Assembly (NCBI RefSeq): GCF_009834535.1
Contig: NC_045696.1
Location: 100,132,001-100,196,000, forward strand
Length of the DNA: 64,000 nucleotides
Direction: 5' to 3'
From: Camelus ferus
Taxonomy: Eukaryota
How positions within the stretch are numbered: position 1 is the stretch's first letter; every line of letters begins with the position of its first letter. Below the pieces are notes generated by a model. That model had not been told where the DNA came from, searched no databases, and worked only from the letters and a program-made list of their open reading frames with translations. Shown piece after piece: positions 61,861-64,000 of this stretch. The position numbers and the translations under genes are program-made.

Positions 61861-64000
61861 AGAAATTGGGTGAATACTTAGGTGGGGACAAAGAAGTGAG
61901 TCTTTTGATTTCATTATAATAGACTCTGTAGTGTATGCCAGTGCTTCTGGGAAAGTGCAAAGAGAGAGGTGTTGGAGGAATGGGAGGCTACTGATGGGGT
62001 GCAGTATGTGAGTAAGTTGAAGCAACTTGTCCCAGAGCACAGTTGGAGGGACCGGCCTGGGAGGGTGAGTGATGGCAATGAATGAAGGTACACCTATAGT
62101 CGGAGCAATGGGGATAGAGAGGGAGGGAGATCAAAAACCTCTAAATTGATGGCTTCCAGGTTTTCTATAAAGTAGAGGACAAAGGATTCTTTTGAGATTG
62201 CATTTGGGAGTTGAATCTTGAGGAAAGAAGCAAAGAACTCTACAAACCATTACAGGAATGGGAGAGAAAACTCCCCAGAAGCATATAGTCTTATGTTGGC
62301 AAATGAGCAAAGATACATTTTTGAATTGCTGAAACTTCCTGTGGAAAAACTTAATTTTTTGCTGTTATTGAATATTGTTCCTTTGTATCGTGCTTAGCTC
62401 ATGTGAAGAGCGAACAAGGAAAAGATTGTTATAAAAATGACAGTAATGATATCTGGAAGTTAGACATCTTAGGTAAATCTTGTTAAACTGAATAGTGAAT
62501 GTGTTTTTTTCTTTTAGAATAATCATTATCCATATTCTTCTTTCATGTCTTATTATAGATTAAAAGCAATGTGACTATTTCAAATTTAATTTATGGCTTA
62601 AAAGGATAGAGCCAGAATTGTACTATTTAAAAGGCTGGAAACTCACACTTGATCATAAATCTCTTCCTGAAAATAGCATCCAAACTTTCCTAAAACAAAA
62701 TTGCATTGATATGACTTAAAAAATACGTGGTGGGCTTTACTTTGTTTCTGTCACAGCCCAAGATGACATATCTGCTTCTCAAGTGTTAAAAAATGCTATA
62801 TCAGCTTAATTCATATTTCAGAATAATTAAAAACGTCTTCATGGGGGAAACTGGTCGGGAGTTAGAGCTCAGGCTGCAAGGAGGTTGGAGGGCCTTGGCC
62901 TAACACTGGGCCTGCGATTGGTCAGGGACCCAGGAGGTGAGAGAAGGCAGTTTCTGGTGAGAACTCAGCGCAGAAGCAGGTCTCACATCATTATGGAATC
63001 ATCCTACTTTTTGCAATCAGCTACATCCCTGTAAGAGAGGCTGTGTTTTATTGCCAAACTGTGCACGAGATTAGTGACACCATCTGTGATGTTAAATCGT
63101 ATCAGCAGAGCCCTGTGATTCAGGGAAGTGTAAAACCTCTGTTTCATGTTCAATGACCACTTCTTCATGCTGTCATGAAGCCAAAACACTTTCTTCAAAT
63201 GATGCATCAAAAAGCCACATAGATTCCTTTTATCGATGGACGTATAAAAGTCCCAGCAACAATTGACAAGAAAAGCATGCTGTCAATTTGTCTTGTCTGG
63301 ATGGTGACCAAACGCCAAAGCCCAAATCTTCACCACAGCCTTCAATGCTCTGTGTCGTCTCCTCTGCCAGTACGACCCCCGCTCCATCCTCCCTCTCTGG
63401 TCTGTCTCCTCTCATGTGCCCCTTGCTCGTTACCGCTCAGCAGCTTGTGTTTGCTCTCCTGCCTGTGATCCTCGCATCCCCAGAGCCCCCTGTCCCCAGC
63501 TCCTCCTCCTTCACGTAGTGAAATCCCACTCACCCTTCAGGCCTTTGTGTAAACATTTTCTTGCCTAAGCCTTCCCTGGCTAGCTTAGCCCTTCAGGCTG
63601 ACCCAACTCCGAGCACTTTGTGCTTCTCTCTTTCATGGCATTTACTGCAATTATAATTCCTCTTCCCACCTCTGTCCTCTCTGATCGATTGGAGGCCCCA
63701 GGAGGATGGGAATGTGCCTGTCTAGTTGGACACCCCTATCCCCATCACTCAGGATGAATAAAGCAAGGCAGCTTAGTTGGAACTACAAATATGTTTCTAT
63801 TGACCGATGAAACAAGCACTAACTATTTAAAAAAATGCTGAGAAACATTTCTCTCCAGATCACCTCATTCCGTTCGATCAAATTTAAATTGCATTGAAGT
63901 ATAATTCATAGATGCAGTCAAATGCACAAATCTTATACGGTCTCAAGATATATAACCTAGGTAAACAGGACATCAGTTAAGATACAGAGCATTTCCGTCA

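Noticed and set aside
1..64000. CRISPR array, operon, second gene or other novel multi-component system
   Set aside because: No repeat-spacer array and no additional spliced coding sequence was recognisable. The remaining short ORFs fall in repeats or look random. Unannotated non-coding RNAs or enhancers cannot be excluded from sequence alone.

Overview
Mammalian genomic DNA, very probably a camelid: it carries three tRNA-derived SINEs starting GGGGAGGGTATAGCTCAGTGGTAGAG, which I recognise as Vic-1 type. The window holds one complete protein-coding gene, PLSCR4 (phospholipid scramblase 4), on the + strand. It has a CpG-island promoter and non-coding first exon near 14.5-15.3 kb, eight coding exons from 27829 to 43240 that splice to an open 331-aa protein, and a 3' UTR ending near 44.6 or 45.3 kb. 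The rest is intron and intergenic DNA rich in L1, L2/MIR, ERV/MaLR LTRs, Tigger/hAT DNA transposons and microsatellites. I found no evidence of a new multi-gene system. The best observations are: (1) a TSD-bounded L1 3' transduction with a twin-priming inversion at 1714-3241; (2) apparent loss of the ancestral exon 3 splice acceptor, rescued by two in-frame AGs; (3) a decayed tRNA-Ile-primed ERV bracketed by oppositely oriented related LTRs; and (4) several small insertion or duplication footprints. Repeat family names and human comparisons are from memory, not from database searches.
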